From positions 85,560,001-85,624,000 of the forward strand of contig OZ024744.1 of assembly GCA_964016885.1 (NCBI GenBank): DNA of 64,000 nt. The letters run 5' to 3'. Shown here one piece after another: positions 29,997-44,182 of the stretch. This DNA is from Eledone cirrhosa (taxonomy: Eukaryota). A program made the position numbers and the translations under genes. The notes under the pieces were generated by a model that saw only the letters and a program-made list of their open reading frames with translations, had not been told where the DNA came from and searched no databases. The first letter of the stretch is position 1, and each line of letters opens with the position of its first letter.

Positions 29997-31423
29997 ATGT
30001 AAATATAATGTATTTTGCAATACACTTTATGCTTAATTAAAAGCATTTTGAAGACCGTAAGCTATTGTTTTAAAGTAGTGACAAATTCACTCACTTCGAT
30101 CTCAGCAAACAGGAGGAGATAAGCCGACATGACATGTTTCGCTTTTGTTGAAGCTTATCAAGGCCAACTACCCCGCCCGTCTGCTGAGATCAATGATGTT
30201 ATATTCTTATAGAAATCTAGTATATAATCAGGAGCTGATTATGCAGAGCGGTTGTTGGTCAGGCAGAAATTAAAAATTAGAATTGTAGCTCTGAAATAGC
30301 AATATATATATGGATGTAAATATAATGTATTTTGCAATACACTTTATGCTTAATTAAAAGCATTTTGAAGACCGTAAGCTATTGTTTTAAAGTAGTGACA
30401 AATTCACTCACTTCGATCTCAGCAAACAGGAGGAGATAAGCCGACATGACATGTTTCGCTTTTGTTGAAGCTTATCAAGGCCAACTACCCCGCCCGTCTG
30501 CTGAGATCAATGATGTTATATTCTTATAGAAATCTAGTATATAATCAGGAGCTGATTATGCAGAGCGGTTGTTGGTCAGGCAGAAATTAAAAATTAGAAT
30601 TGTAGCTCTGAAATAGCAATATATATATGGATGTAAATATAATGTATTTTGCAATACACTTTATGCTTAATTAAAAGCATTTTGAAGACCGTAAGCTATT
30701 GTTTTAAAGTAGTGACAAATTCACTCACTTCGATCTCAGCAAACAGGAGGAGATAAGCCGACATGACATGTTTCGCTTTTGTTGAAGCTTATCAAGGCCA
30801 ACTACCCCGCCCGTCTGCTGAGATCAATGATGTTATATTCTTATAGAAATCTAGTATATAATCAGGAGCTGATTATGCAGAGCGGTTGTTGGTCAGGCAG
30901 AAATTAAAAATTAGAATTGTAGCTCTGAAATAGCAATATATATATGGATGTAAATATAATGTATTTTAAATGTAAATATAATGTACTTTAAAACAATAGC
31001 TTACGGTCTTCAAAATGCTTTTAATTAAGCATAAAGTGTATTACAAAATACATTATATTTACATCCATATATATATTGCTATTTCAGAGCTACAATTCTA
31101 ATTTTTAATTTCTGCCTGACCAACAACCGCTCTGCATAATCAGCTCCTGATTATATACTAGATTTCTATAAGAATATAACATCATTGATCTCAGCAGACG
31201 GGCGGGGTAGTTGGCCTTGATAAGCTTCAACAAAAGCGAAACATGTCATGTCGGCTTATCTCCTCCTGTTTGCTGAGATCGAAGTGAGTGAATTTGTCAC
31301 TACTTTAAAACAATAGCTTACGGTCTTCAAAATGCTTTTAATTAAGCATAAAGTGTATTGCAAAATACATTATATTTACATCCATATATATATTGCTATT
31401 TCAGAGCTACAATTCTAATTTTT
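29985..31423. repeat. Tandem array of a 317-bp HHR unit (3 copies plus a partial), then ~1.4 inverted copies; non-LTR retrozyme-like
   Basis: aaatataatg recurs at 30001, 30318, 30635 and 30952; orientation flips at about 30984. Confidence 0.92.
31187..31280 (+). ncRNA. Type I hammerhead ribozyme, U3-A8 core variant (minus-strand copies at 30098-30191, 30415-30508, 30732-30825)
   Basis: gatctcagcagacggg..ggcc-TTGATAA-gctt caacaa aagc-GAAA-catgtcatg-TC-ggct..cctgtttgctgagatc. Confidence 0.85.
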
Positions 31424-31463
31424 TATATATATATATATATATATATGTGTATGTATGTATGTA

Positions 31464-31548
<85 letters not shown>

Positions 31549-31952
31549 TAGGTAATTCCGAAGGAAAAGCAAAGGAAAAAAGAGCGATTTATGTACAGAA
31601 CAGAGGTATTTAGTTAGAAAAATATAACATCTGTCTGACGACCGATCCAGAGGTATATTATATTATTATCGTCTGTGATCCAGACATCTTTGGTAATGGA
31701 GTAGTTATATTTGTTGTTCACTTTCTAATTATATATATATATAATGTAGGAGTTTTATTGTTATACAATAAAGCAATGCAGATATCGCATAAGAATATCC
31801 ATTCTTTACTCTCATCTCCTCCTCTTTTTTATCCTCCCCCCCTCCCTTATTTTTTTCCCAATATCACACATCAATCTAAAACTACGTTTCATATGTTGAT
31901 TTAAAACTGCACCATTCACAAGTGTTTTTTTAACCTTCATATCATGTCTCCC

Positions 31953-32023
31953 TATTTTATCTGATGAAAACGCAAATGTCATTGCATGATGATATTTGTT
32001 TTTGAAATGCGCATAATAAAATA
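31953..32023 (+). ncRNA. Minimal type I hammerhead
   Basis: tattttat-CTGATGA-long stem II-GAAA-tgcgca-TA-ataaaata; perfect 8-bp stem I and palindromic stem III. Confidence 0.8.
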
Positions 32024-32097
32024 CATGGAACTTTTTTAACCATCTTTTGATCTTATATATTATATATATATATATATATTATATATATATATATATA

Positions 32098-32183
<86 letters not shown>

Positions 32184-32764
32184 AAAATGGGGAGAAAAAT
32201 ACTGCTGGTAGCACATGGATAACATGTAATAAAATAAGTCCCTCATCAGTGATTTGCCGACGATCATAGATATTTCATTGCATTAAAAATCATATACCTC
32301 ACGTCGGTGCAATAATAACTAAATTAAGTTATTAGGACAATTAAAACGCGTAAAGCGAGTGAGACAGGAAAACAACAAAGAGTAGAGCTAACCGTAGAAG
32401 GAAGGAAACAAGCTTCATAGTTATTCTGTTAGTATAAGCTAGGTGAATATATGAGCGCTTAGAAAAAAGACCTTTCGCGAACGAATGCAATGTGAGAAAG
32501 AGAGAAATTGCTTTCGTCGCGAACGGGGTGAAGTGAGGAGAGGAGAAACAGTGAGTGAGTGAGTGGAAGTGTGAGGAAGAGTTAACTGACATGACAGAGG
32601 GGGCGAAAGAAAGTAGGAGAAACAGGGAGAATGAGGGAGAAGTAAGAGAGAGAGAGAGAAAAAAACAGAATCGCAGTTTAGGTAAATATATGTGATAAAA
32701 TGGGGAGAAAAATACTGCTGGTAGCACATGGATAACATGTAATAAAATAAGTCCCTCATCAGTG

Positions 32765-32873
<109 letters not shown>

Positions 32874-32969
32874 GCAATAGCCGTGATACCTGGACAAATA
32901 TAAATTTTAAATTTCAAATTTGTTTCGCAACAATTAAGTGAAAGTTCCTATTTCTGTCCACTTCTGCAG

Positions 32970-32983
32970 GTATCCAGAAATTG
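32970..32983 (+). other. Candidate 14-nt micro-exon
   Basis: tttctgtccacttctgcag|GTATCCAGAAATTG|gtaagt: strong acceptor and donor, phase-compatible with 25943-26057. Confidence 0.3.
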
Positions 32984-33314
32984 GTAAGTTTCACTTCAAA
33001 ATACTTAAGAAGACAGAGAAATGTGTTGTAAGGATGTAATTTTCTTTGATCATTTGCTGTAGGAATTTGTTGAGAGCTCTAAATCAGCTATAAATATTTA
33101 TACCCTTTTCTAATTATTTATTTATTTATTATTTGTCGTATTCCCAACTATTTGTTTACCCCTTTCAATGTGGGAAATGAAATATCGTTTCATTTTTTCG
33201 TTTATCGTTTTCGGTGCACCCGGCCCATTACCCACTCGATATGCATATTGGGCTACTCAGCCGTTAATAATGCATAAGGTAAGTATATACGTTCAACAAT
33301 CTGGAAGGAAGGTA

Positions 33315-33359
33315 AACGTTGCTGACGATAGCTAACAAGCTTGAAACTAGTGCAGCGTT
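33315..33359 (+). ncRNA. Hammerhead motif with non-cleavable GUG triplet, inside a 420-bp terminally redundant unit (33170-33625)
   Basis: aacgttg-CTGACGA-tagctaacaagctt-GAAA-ctag-TG-cagcgtt. Confidence 0.6.
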
Positions 33360-33697
33360 CCTTTGTCAGTGTTGAACAAACGAGCAACGATGGTTGCTAG
33401 ACACTACGGCTTAATACGGGATGTTTGTTTACAAACACACCGAGCATCATAATAAATGTTCGGTGAATCCATACGTGCATATATATATATGTGTGCATGT
33501 ATGTATATATATATACATACTACTGTACGTCTGTATACATATATGTATGTACGTGTACATACTTATATTAAGTAACAGCCGTACTAAGAGTGGGAAATGA
33601 AATATCGTTTCATTTTTCCGTTTATATATATACGTATATATATGTATATATATATACGATATTAAATAAATGGAAACTATATTTATAAAACCATATT

Positions 33698-33763
33698 TAT
33701 TTCATTATATATATTTCAGGGATATCATATTAACAATATGTTATGCCTTCTTCAGACAAAATA
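33698..33763 (-). ncRNA. Minimal type I hammerhead in a solo pseudo-LTR (2299 family)
   Basis: Minus: tattttgt-CTGAAGA-..catattgttaatatg..-GAAA-tatata-TA-atgaaata. Confidence 0.7.
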
Positions 33764-34040
33764 CAATATAGACAGTTTTATAAATAAATAGATTTGACAT
33801 ACCGTTCAACATCGACTTGTATTTGAAAAGTTGATTTGGCAGTGATTTGCTTTTATATCAGTTATAAATATTTACTAGTTGTAACCCAACAATTTAAATA
33901 TAACTTTCCATGTATATATATATATATATATATTTAAGAGTTAAACAAGGTTCAATGAATACATCTAAGAATGAGTTTTACACACATACATGTGTGTGTA
34001 TGTATTTAGGTGTATATGTGTGTGTGTATATGTATGTATA

Positions 34041-34085
<45 letters not shown>

Positions 34086-35711
34086 ACGTATAAGTGTATG
34101 TGTATGTATGTGTATATGTATATGTATAAGTGTGTGTGTGTATGTATTTATTTTTATGTATGTATGTGTATGTGCAATTGTGTGTATTGCTTACCACGTG
34201 TGTTTGTTCATTTATTTGTTGCCTGTATCGCTGTCAACTTCATAATAATTTTTACATTTATATTTATACTTATGTGACGCTATTTTTATTATTATATTTT
34301 TTTCTTATAATTAATTGTGTGTGCGTATATAGGTGTGTACATCTATCTATATTTGTGTATGCGTATGTATGCGTGTATATATGAGTGTATATATGTGTGT
34401 GTATGTACGTGTATATATATGTATGATTATGTGTATGTATATATATATATATATAGATGTATATATATATATATATATATATATACATGTGTGTGTGTGT
34501 GTGTGTGTTTGTGTATTTGTGTGTATGTATGGATATGTTGATATATGTGTGTATGTATGTATATGTATATGCATGTGTATTTGTACGTGTATGTATATAT
34601 GTATGTATGTATGTATATATATATATATATATATGTGTATATATATATATATATACATACATACACATATACATACACGTACAAATACACATACATATAC
34701 ATATACATACATACATATCAATATATCCATACATACACATACACACATATACACAAACACACACACACACTCACACACACACACACATGTATATATATAT
34801 ATACATACACATAATCATACATATATACACACGTACATACACACACATATATACACACATATATACACGCATACATACGCATACACAAATATAGATATAT
34901 GTACACACACCTACATACGTATATATGTGTATATGTATGTATATATATGTGTGTATGTATATATGTGTATGGAAGTTACACAAATATTTTAGTATATTTT
35001 AGCAGAGCAATCCTTATTTATATCTTACATTTTACATTTACTTACATCTCAATATAACATGGCTAAAATTCAAATTTTGCAAAGAGAAGAAAACGGTCAA
35101 ATGAACTAGATACATCTCACTGTCCCCACCACCACAATAACGTCTACACTCTCTCCCCACCATCACATGTCATTACCCTATCTAGACTAAAGTCATCGAC
35201 CTGTTGTCAAACTCTCTACTCTCTGTTGAATGTGTATATATATTAGTTTATTTCATTAATAGCTAACTTTGTCTGTTACAATGCAAACACGTTTTGTGTT
35301 TATCATATATTTTAATGTATTTAACTGCTCGGAAATGCCCCTTTTCTTGGAGCTGGATTATTGTAAACGACTGAGAGTTTATTCTCAAAATATAATATAG
35401 TATATATATATATATATGTATGTATATGTGTGTATATACATCACTCAGTCAAACGACCAGACTTCAACCCCAACATCTACAACAACAACACCGGCACTAA
35501 TGTTTACAGCAACAACAGCTTCAGAATGAACTGAAATGAACATTTACAACAACACCAGCGGCATCAAACGATGAAAAAAAAACCCACAAACAAAAAAACT
35601 CAAAATAACGAAACACACACACACGCGCACGAAACACAACAACATCAACTGCCACCACCGCCGCCATCACCATCACCAGCGACCGGGCCTAGAGAAAACA
35701 ACTTTAATAAT

Positions 35712-35865
35712 AATAATTTTTCTGCTTTTGGCACGGATCCAGCGACTGGTCCAGCGCATTACTGGTACTCTCTTTTGTTGACTCCGTGTGGATGAAAGGC
35801 AAGGTTGACCTCGGCGGGATTTAAGCTCAGAGCGTGGAGAGCCATAGCTCTATGCTGTAAAGCAA
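35712..35865 (-). mobile_element. Diverged SINE related to family A
   Basis: ggatgaaaggcaaggttgacctcggcgggatttaagctcag. Confidence 0.65.
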
Positions 35866-36429
35866 TTATAATACTGGACTGTAATACGAACGGCTTCAAC
35901 TATACGAACTCTTGAAAGTCAGCAGTTGACATAATCTTGTAATCTTGTATCAATAATGACGGTAATATATATATATATATGTGTGTCTGTGTGTAAGTGA
36001 GTAGCGTGTGTGTTTGTTTGTATGTATGAATGTTGCTGTGTGCGCGCGTATGTATGCGCGTGTGTGTATGTCGTATGTATAAATGTCAATAAGTGAGTTT
36101 TTTTTTTTTTTTTTTTTTTTCGCGGGGACATAGAAATAATCGGGCTGGATGCCCGATCGCGCAGTTAAACCACTGGGAGTGAAGAACCCCTAGCCCTTGT
36201 CAGGGCATTTTTCTAGAAGGCATCTCAGGAAACTGGGTTAACTCCGACATAACACCTGCGGCTCAGTAGTTACCGATGATCTTTTCTTCTTTTCGGGTTA
36301 TAGCTACTGTCGCTCAGAGAGTGGGATTGGCTCAGTGCACAGTATTTCCTCACTTTAAAAATATTCGTCACGCACAGGCATTGCATGAGTGCATTAATAA
36401 TTATTAATAGTGTATTATTATTGTCACTC

Positions 36430-38723
36430 GGTTTGGATGGCCTGCCCTACGAGCTTTACGTAAATATGCCAGACTTGTTCCCCGAACTCCTCGAAGCACT
36501 CTACTGCAACTGGCAGCAGAATGGGAGTATTCCCAGTTCTGTGAGCAGGGGAGTGGTGACGCTGATAAGGAAAGACGAGAACAAGAGGGATACATTAGAC
36601 AACTTCAGGTCCATAACTCTGCTCAACACAGAGTTTAAGATTTTGGCCAAGGTGTTAGCAAAGAGATTGGCGCTTGTCGTCAAGGATTTGGTTGGGGAGG
36701 CGCAAACTTGCGCAATCCCAGCCAGGTCCATACACGACAATCTCCACCTCATGCGATACATCATAGAGAGGGTAGGGTGTAAACCTGGCTTCGGTGGGGC
36801 ACTGATCAATTTAGTCAATCGAAAGCATTCGATAGGGTCGACCATCGGTATCTGGAGTTTGTCCTCAAAGCAGCTAGCTTCGGCCCTGTCTTTAGAAGCT
36901 AGATCGCTGCAATGCACAGCGGCGCACACTCGGTGGTCAAGGTTAATGGCCACCTCTCGGAACCATTTCGGCTGTCCCGATCGGTCCGTCAAGGGTGCCC
37001 TCTCTCTTCCCTTCTGTACGTATTGACTCTGGAGCCTTTACTGCGGAAGCTGGAGCTGTTGCAGGGCATACCGCTCGAACCGGGGCGTGGAAAGGCGGTG
37101 TCGGCTTATGCGGATGACATCACCGTGATGGTGTCGAACACCTCAGAAATTGAGGTGATCGGCACCTTATTGAAGGAATATGAAAGGTTAACAGGAGCCA
37201 AACTTAACCCGGAAAAGTCGGTGGGCTTGCAGCTCGGAACCTGGAGAGGCAAGCCCATGTCGTCCAACAGCGTCGTGGGGCGCTGGACGGACGGACGGAC
37301 CGGTAAAGTTGTCGGGGTTTGGTTCGGACCAAACCTCCAGGTGGAAAAGAATTGGGACGAGGTAACGAGCAGAGTAGCCAGTCTCACCCAAAAATGGGCT
37401 GGGAGGAAGCTATCACTGAAAGGTCGCACGGAGGTGGCGAATGCGTACATCGCGTCCGTCATCTGCTACCGCCTGACCGTCGTGCCTTGCCCCCGTCCGC
37501 GCCTCGTCAAGTTGGAACGGCTCCTCTTCAAATTTTTGTGGAGGGGACAAGTTCCGTTGGTGAGGCGGTCCATCTGCTGCCAGCACCCTCTACGCGGAGG
37601 GCTGGGCCTGCCGTGGCTAATGATGCGCAGACATGCGTTGAGGCTGCGACATCTCCAAATATTCTGCCTCAACGGTGAACAGGTGTGGTCGCCGTTTATC
37701 AGACGGGCCTTTCCGCAGCTCATTTCTTTGACTGGGTTGCAGTCCTAGGTCAAGAAGAGACCGAGATTGGGTGACTGGCACCTGGAATGTTGCCAGGCAC
37801 TCACTGCCCTCTACCAAACGGGCAATTCGATCAGTAGAACTTCCACTCTCGAGTTTTATAGAGGATTATTGGTGGGCAAGTGCGATGACGCACTCGGAGA
37901 AGCTTTGGGCCTCGACGAAGTCGAACTGACCAGTCTGTACCGGAGGACTTTTGAGCCGGGGACGATGGACAATTATTCCTCGCTTGGACAATTATCCTTC
38001 ACTTGGCAGTGCTACCGGGGGGGGGGGGGGGGGGGGGCACTGCCGGTTCGGGATAAACTCTACAGGCACGGAAGTGCTGTCAGACGGACCTGTCCAAGAT
38101 GCGCACAGAACGACGAAACCGTTCTGCACGCACTTGTCCAATGTCCGTGCATTACTGACTTGTGGAGATATGTCGAACAGCTACTGTTGCGTGTGGAACG
38201 AGTCCGGCTATCGGCCGAGTCCATAGTGAAGATCGATCCACCGCCTTCCTTAGGTCAGGAAGAGCAGGAAATGTTCCTCTGTCTGGTGGCAGTTGCGAAA
38301 GAGGTTATATGGTGGACCAGGTTAAAAGGACTGAAGACAGACACTTTTCTCTTCGGCCAATCCCTCATCAACTTCTTCAAGTTTCACCTGGAAAGGAGGG
38401 TGAGGGTGGAGAGAGAAGTGCTGCCCCCCCCCCAGTACATTTGCCAAAAAGTGGATGAATGTGGCGAGAATGGCTCGTGTGAATGGGCCTACTCTGACCA
38501 TGCGCCTATAGGCTAGCCAACTTGAGGAGATGGGGTGCTCTCTCTGGGTTTCCTAGAAGCGCAGGGTGGTTCAGGATTGGTGGGGTACTCGAGTCACCCC
38601 AGGGTCGTCCACCCCCTATCGGGGAATTTATTTTATTATATTTATGCATAGTTTATTTTATATTTTTATATTTTCATTGTCTTTGTATTGTCCCCTACAT
38701 GTCGGCCCTTGTGGCTAATAAAT
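36430..38723 (+). mobile_element. 5'-truncated L1/Tx1-like LINE ORF2 (RT and C-terminal zinc knuckle), frameshifted
   Basis: GLDGLPYELY, NFRSITLLNTEFKILAK, SVRQGCPLSSLLY, AYADDITV, CPRCAQNDETVLHALVQC; aataaa at the 3' end. Confidence 0.92.
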
Positions 38724-38905
38724 GATTGGCAGTATCGGTAGAGGGTCGGACGCCATGCTTTCCAGCATAGTTACGTCCCTTTACGATCTGAGTTCAAATC
38801 CCGCCGAGCTTGACTTTGCCTTTCATCCTTACGGGGTCGATAAAATAAAGTACCAGTAATGCACTGGGTAATTGCTGGCCTTGTGCCTAAAGTAGAAACA
38901 ATTAT
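38724..38905 (+). mobile_element. tRNA-derived SINE (family A)
   Basis: gattggcagtatcggtagagggtcggacgcc..gagttcaaatcccgccgag. Confidence 0.85.
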
Positions 38906-38999
38906 TATTATTATTATTATTGTTACTATTATTATTACTTTTTTTTTTTTTTTTTTTTTTCCAATTCAATGATGTTCCAGAACAATATAAAAGAGATAA

Positions 39000-41900
39000 T
39001 TGGCAATTTAGGTTCTGGAACAAAAAATATAATTGGCAATAAGGGCAGGGGCCCCAGGTTATCACAGCCTGGGCCCGCTCGTCATTGTGCCATTGTAATA
39101 GAGCCAAACAAGGCATTTAGTCTTGGCTGCTGGAACGTACGGACGCTGCTTGACAGGGATTCCTTGGAGCGTCCTGAACGAAGGACCGCTCTTGTTACAA
39201 AGGAGCTTCGACGTTACGATCTTGACTTCGTGGCTTTATCTGAGACGAGGTTAGCTGGAGATGGTCATCTTACAGAATTTTGTGGAGAATATACATTCTT
39301 GTGGAAAGGAAGAGATGAAGGAACCAGAAGAGAGGCTGGGGTAGGATTTGCTGCTAAGACTGTTCTTGTGAATAAATTAGAAGAATTCCCAGTAGGGATT
39401 AGTGAGCGTCTTATGTCCATGAGAATTCCGCTGGACAAAGGAAGATATGCGACCCTGGTGAGTGTGTATGCTCCAACTATGAATTCTGTCGATGAAGAAA
39501 GTGTCCTTTTACCATGCCTTGAAAGGTGTTTTAAGAAATATCCCTCAGGCAGACAAAGTCATCGCGCTTGGTGACTTTAATGCTAGAGTGGGTAGAGATT
39601 TTAACACATGGAATGTAATTGGAAGGCATGGGGTGGGAAAGTGTAACAACAATGGTATGCTCCTGCTGCAGATGTGTGAGGAGCTGGATCTGTGTGTTAC
39701 CAACACCATGTTCCAACAAAAAAACAAATTCAAGACCACATGGATGCATCCTGCATCTAAGGAATGGCATCTTTTGGACTACATCCTAGTCAGGTAGCGT
39801 GACAGGAAGGATGTGCAGTGTGTTCGTGTTATTCGTGGAGCTGAGTGCTGGACGGACCACCGCCTGGTACGCGCAAAAGTGAAACTAATCACTAAACGTA
39901 AAATCCAGGCTCCTGGTGTTGCCCTGCCCAAAAGATTGAATGCTGCACGTCTTAAGGATAAAATGTGAAGAGGACATTGGAAGAAGAGATGCAGGCTGCA
40001 GTTCTTGGTGAGGATTGGCCGACCCTTAAAAATTCGGTTTATGATGTAGGCAGGCGTGTTCTGGGATTGGTGCAGAGAAAACATCAGGACTGGTTTAATG
40101 AGAATGATGTACATATAGAAGACTTGTTGGCTGATAAGGGGCGTGCTCTGTCACGCTACTTGACGGCAAAACCACAGGAGAGGAATACGTTGCATGAGGA
40201 ACTCAAGAATGTAAAATCACGTGTTAGGCGGAGTCTTTCTCAGATGAAGGATCAGTGGTGGAGTGAGAAGGCTGGTGAGATACAAACTGCGTCAGATTCC
40301 AATAACACAAAGCTGTTGTACAGTCTCTTGCGTGAAGTTTATGGACCGTCTTCTTCTCTGGTGACAGCGCTTCACAGCAGGGATGGCAAAGAACTTCTTT
40401 GTGACTCACAAGGAATTCTACGAAGGTGGAGAGAGCACTTTGATGATCTTTTGAATCAGCCGTCTGTCGTCAGTGAAGATTTCCTCAATCTCATTCCAGA
40501 AAGTCCTGTGAAAGTAGCTCTTGCAGAACCTCCGACGCTTGAGGAGGTTGCAGTAGCTATCCCGAAGCTGAACAGTGGAAGGTCACCAGGTATGGATGGG
40601 ATACATGCTGAGCTCCTACAATATGGTGGTGAGAGACTTCTCCAACATCTACACTTGGCAGGACCACGTTTGGCAGGATATGGGCTAATGAATCCGTACC
40701 TGAGGACTGGAGACATGCAGTAATGGTGGTCTTGTACAAGGGAAAAGGTAACAGGAATGATTGTTGGAACTACAGAGGTATATCATTGCTTTCTGTCGTA
40801 GGGAAAGTTTTATGTAGGGTGCTTCTGGACCGTCTGCTGACACACATTGCAGATTGTGTTCTTCCTGGAAGTCAATCTGGTTTTTGTGCTGGACGCGGCA
40901 CTACTGATATGATCTTCTCAGCTAGACAGCTCCAGGAGAAGTGCATGAAACAAGGTTTGGATCTGTATCAGGTTTTTGTCGATCTGACAAAAGCTTTCGA
41001 TACTGTTAACAGATATGCATTATGGAAGGTTCTCGAGAAACTTGGTTGCCCTGATAAGTTCCTTGCTTTAGTTAGGTCTTTCCATGACGACATGAAGGCT
41101 TGGGTTAATGTCGGAGGTAACATGTCAGAGCCTATCTTAGTAAAAAATGGAGTGAAACAGGGGGATATTCCAGCACCGACCCTGTTTGCCATATACTTTG
41201 CAATGGTTTTCTGTATTGCATTCAGGAATTGCGAGCATGGTGTTTACATCCGATATCGAACCTCAGGCAGCATATTTAACATCAGGTGCTTTGCTGCAAA
41301 GACAAAAGTATTTACATCAATCATAAGAGACCTCTAGTATGCAGATGATTGCGATCTTGTAGCGCACACAGAGAGTGATATGCAGCACATTTTGAATGCA
41401 TTTTCTGACGCTTGCACTGCCCTAGGCTTGACTGTCAGTCTCAAAAAAACCGTCGTCATGTACCAACCTGCCCCTGGTAAGCAGTACACTGAACCAAATA
41501 TCTATGTGTATGGTAAACGACTTGGAGTGGTTGATCAGTGTGTCTATCTGGGAAGCACTGTCAATCGATACAGCAACCTTGACAGTGAAATCTCACTAAG
41601 GATTAGGAAAGCAAGTGATGCTTTCGGAAAGCTAGAAAGGCGACTCTGGGGTCGGCGAGACATATGCAGGAGGACAAAGGTAAAGGTGTACAAGGCATGT
41701 GTGCTCTCTTGTCTTCTTTATGCCTGCGAGACCTGGGTCACATATCGACACCATCTTAAGCAATTGGAGCGTTTCCATCAGATGTGTCTCAGACAGATCC
41801 ATGGCGTTCACTGGAGGGACCACATCAGTTGGTGTCGAGATTTTGGAAAACTCTATGTGTGACAGTATAGAAGCTCTTGTGCTTAAGCAACGACTCCGTT

Positions 41901-42625
41901 GGAGTGGTCACCTTGCAAGGATGAAGGATTCTAGAATACCAAAACAACTCTTTTATGGAGAGTTGCTTAAAGGAAAACGACCGCCACATAAACCAAAAAA
42001 GAAGTATAAGGATTCCTTGAAAGCCTCTTTGAAAGACGCTAACATCTCTGCTGATATATGGGAAAATATTGCTGCTGAATGTAATAAATGGAGAAAGACT
42101 GTATATGAAGGAAAAGTTGCCTTCGAGGCATCTCGAATCGCATACGAGAAAGTAAAGCGGGATGTGAGGAAGGGCATTGCTGTTGCACTTCCAGACAGCG
42201 AGGGTCCTCCTATAGTGCTGCCATGCAGCGTCTGTGCGAGACTCTGCCTAAGCAAAGCTGGACTCGAAAGTCATCTTCGCAGTCATAAAGTAAGACCAGT
42301 GGTTGACTACCAGGCTGCTGTTGGAGATGCTACTCATCATGCTTGCCAAACATGTGGTAGAGAATGTAAATCAGCAGGAGGGCTCAAGCGACATGCAAAA
42401 GTACATGAACTCCAACCACAGCCGGCTATTCCCAGTGAATATTTTGGTTGCCGACCCTGTGCAAGACATTTTAGATCATTGGCTGGGCTAAAAAGCCACA
42501 TTCGACGGCAGCGCTGTTAGTTGTTATCGTGTGTGTGTGTATAGATATGTTTATTTGTGCGCGTGTGTGTGTATATATATATGTATATTATTATTGTTGT
42601 TGTTGTCATTATTATTATTGTTGTA

Positions 42626-42685
<60 letters not shown>

Positions 42686-42731
42686 GTTATTAATGTATAT
42701 GTGTGTATGTATATATATATGTGTGTATATA

Positions 42732-42762
<31 letters not shown>

Positions 42763-42850
42763 TTATTTTTTTATTTTTTATTTATTTATTAATTTTTTTT
42801 TTCCTCCTCGTACAATGGCCATACTTGATAACGAGGGGGCAGCCATCATG
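39000..42850 (+). mobile_element. Near full-length RTE (BovB-like) LINE pseudogene: APE endonuclease, RT and three C2H2-like fingers
   Basis: WNVRTLLD..ALSETRL, SVYAPT, GDFNARVG, WHLLDYILV, ECWTDHRLV, NYRGISLLS, FVDLTKAFDTV, GVKQGD, YADD after an in-frame stop at 41335; several frameshifts. Confidence 0.93.
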
Positions 42851-43141
42851 TGTATGTATATATGTGTGTGTATGTAATTGTGTGTGTGTGTGCGCATGTG
42901 TGTTTATTTTTCCTTTCCTTCTTCCTTTTCCAGCCACACTTTCATATAGATTATATTTTTGTTTTTAAAATCCAATGTCAATAACTACACCAGGATTTTT
43001 TCATTCTGATGATTGAAAACAAAATTTGTTTGCTTTCAAGAAATAAAATAATTGTCTTATGTTGTTTATTACATAACTATTAAGCTCTGTAACCTACATA
43101 GAGCACTCTTTTTTCCTGGACCTTTCCGACGGAATTACTTC

Positions 43142-43331
<190 letters not shown>

Positions 43332-43778
43332 TAAAGGTTAACAAATATATACATATACATATATGATTGCAATACCTTATAGTCCTATTTTCAATATAGG
43401 ATATAGGAGTGCTGGATATATTTCTGTTCTGATGTAGAATTACCTGTTATGACCGTATTTTTATATCTATAGTTATCTTACTATCTGACAGAGTATTAAC
43501 ACATTATCCCTATAGCTGCCTCTTTAGTTACCTTTACAAAAGGAAACGTGTATGTTCACGCACGCGCATGTGTGCAAAACGTGATGTCATCATTGGTTTT
43601 GATGAACTGTGCATTGGGTAGTTCACAGAAATACGCCTGCGGTCAGATGTTTCCAACAACGTCGTCGTAGCGGGGGGTAGTGAAATCATCACAGTTCAGT
43701 TCAAAGAATATCAATATTAATATTAGCTTATATACATATATAGGTATACATAAGTAAACATATACATATACGTATATA

Positions 43779-43812
<34 letters not shown>

Positions 43813-43866
43813 CATTCATATATACATTCATATATGTAAATGTATATATATAGATATATATATATT

Positions 43867-43897
<31 letters not shown>

Positions 43898-43949
43898 GTA
43901 TATATATGTATATATATACATATGTATATATATACATATATGTGTATAC

Positions 43950-44039
<90 letters not shown>

Positions 44040-44120
44040 GATATATATATAAGATAATATATATATAATATATATATATATGTATATATATACATATGTA
44101 TATATATATATATATATATG

Positions 44121-44182
<62 letters not shown>

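Noticed and set aside
29985-31423. CRISPR-like or ordinary satellite interpretation of the arrays
   Set aside because: No unique spacers and eukaryotic context; the embedded covarying HHR argues against an inert satellite. Near-perfect unit identity means the copy number could be an assembly effect
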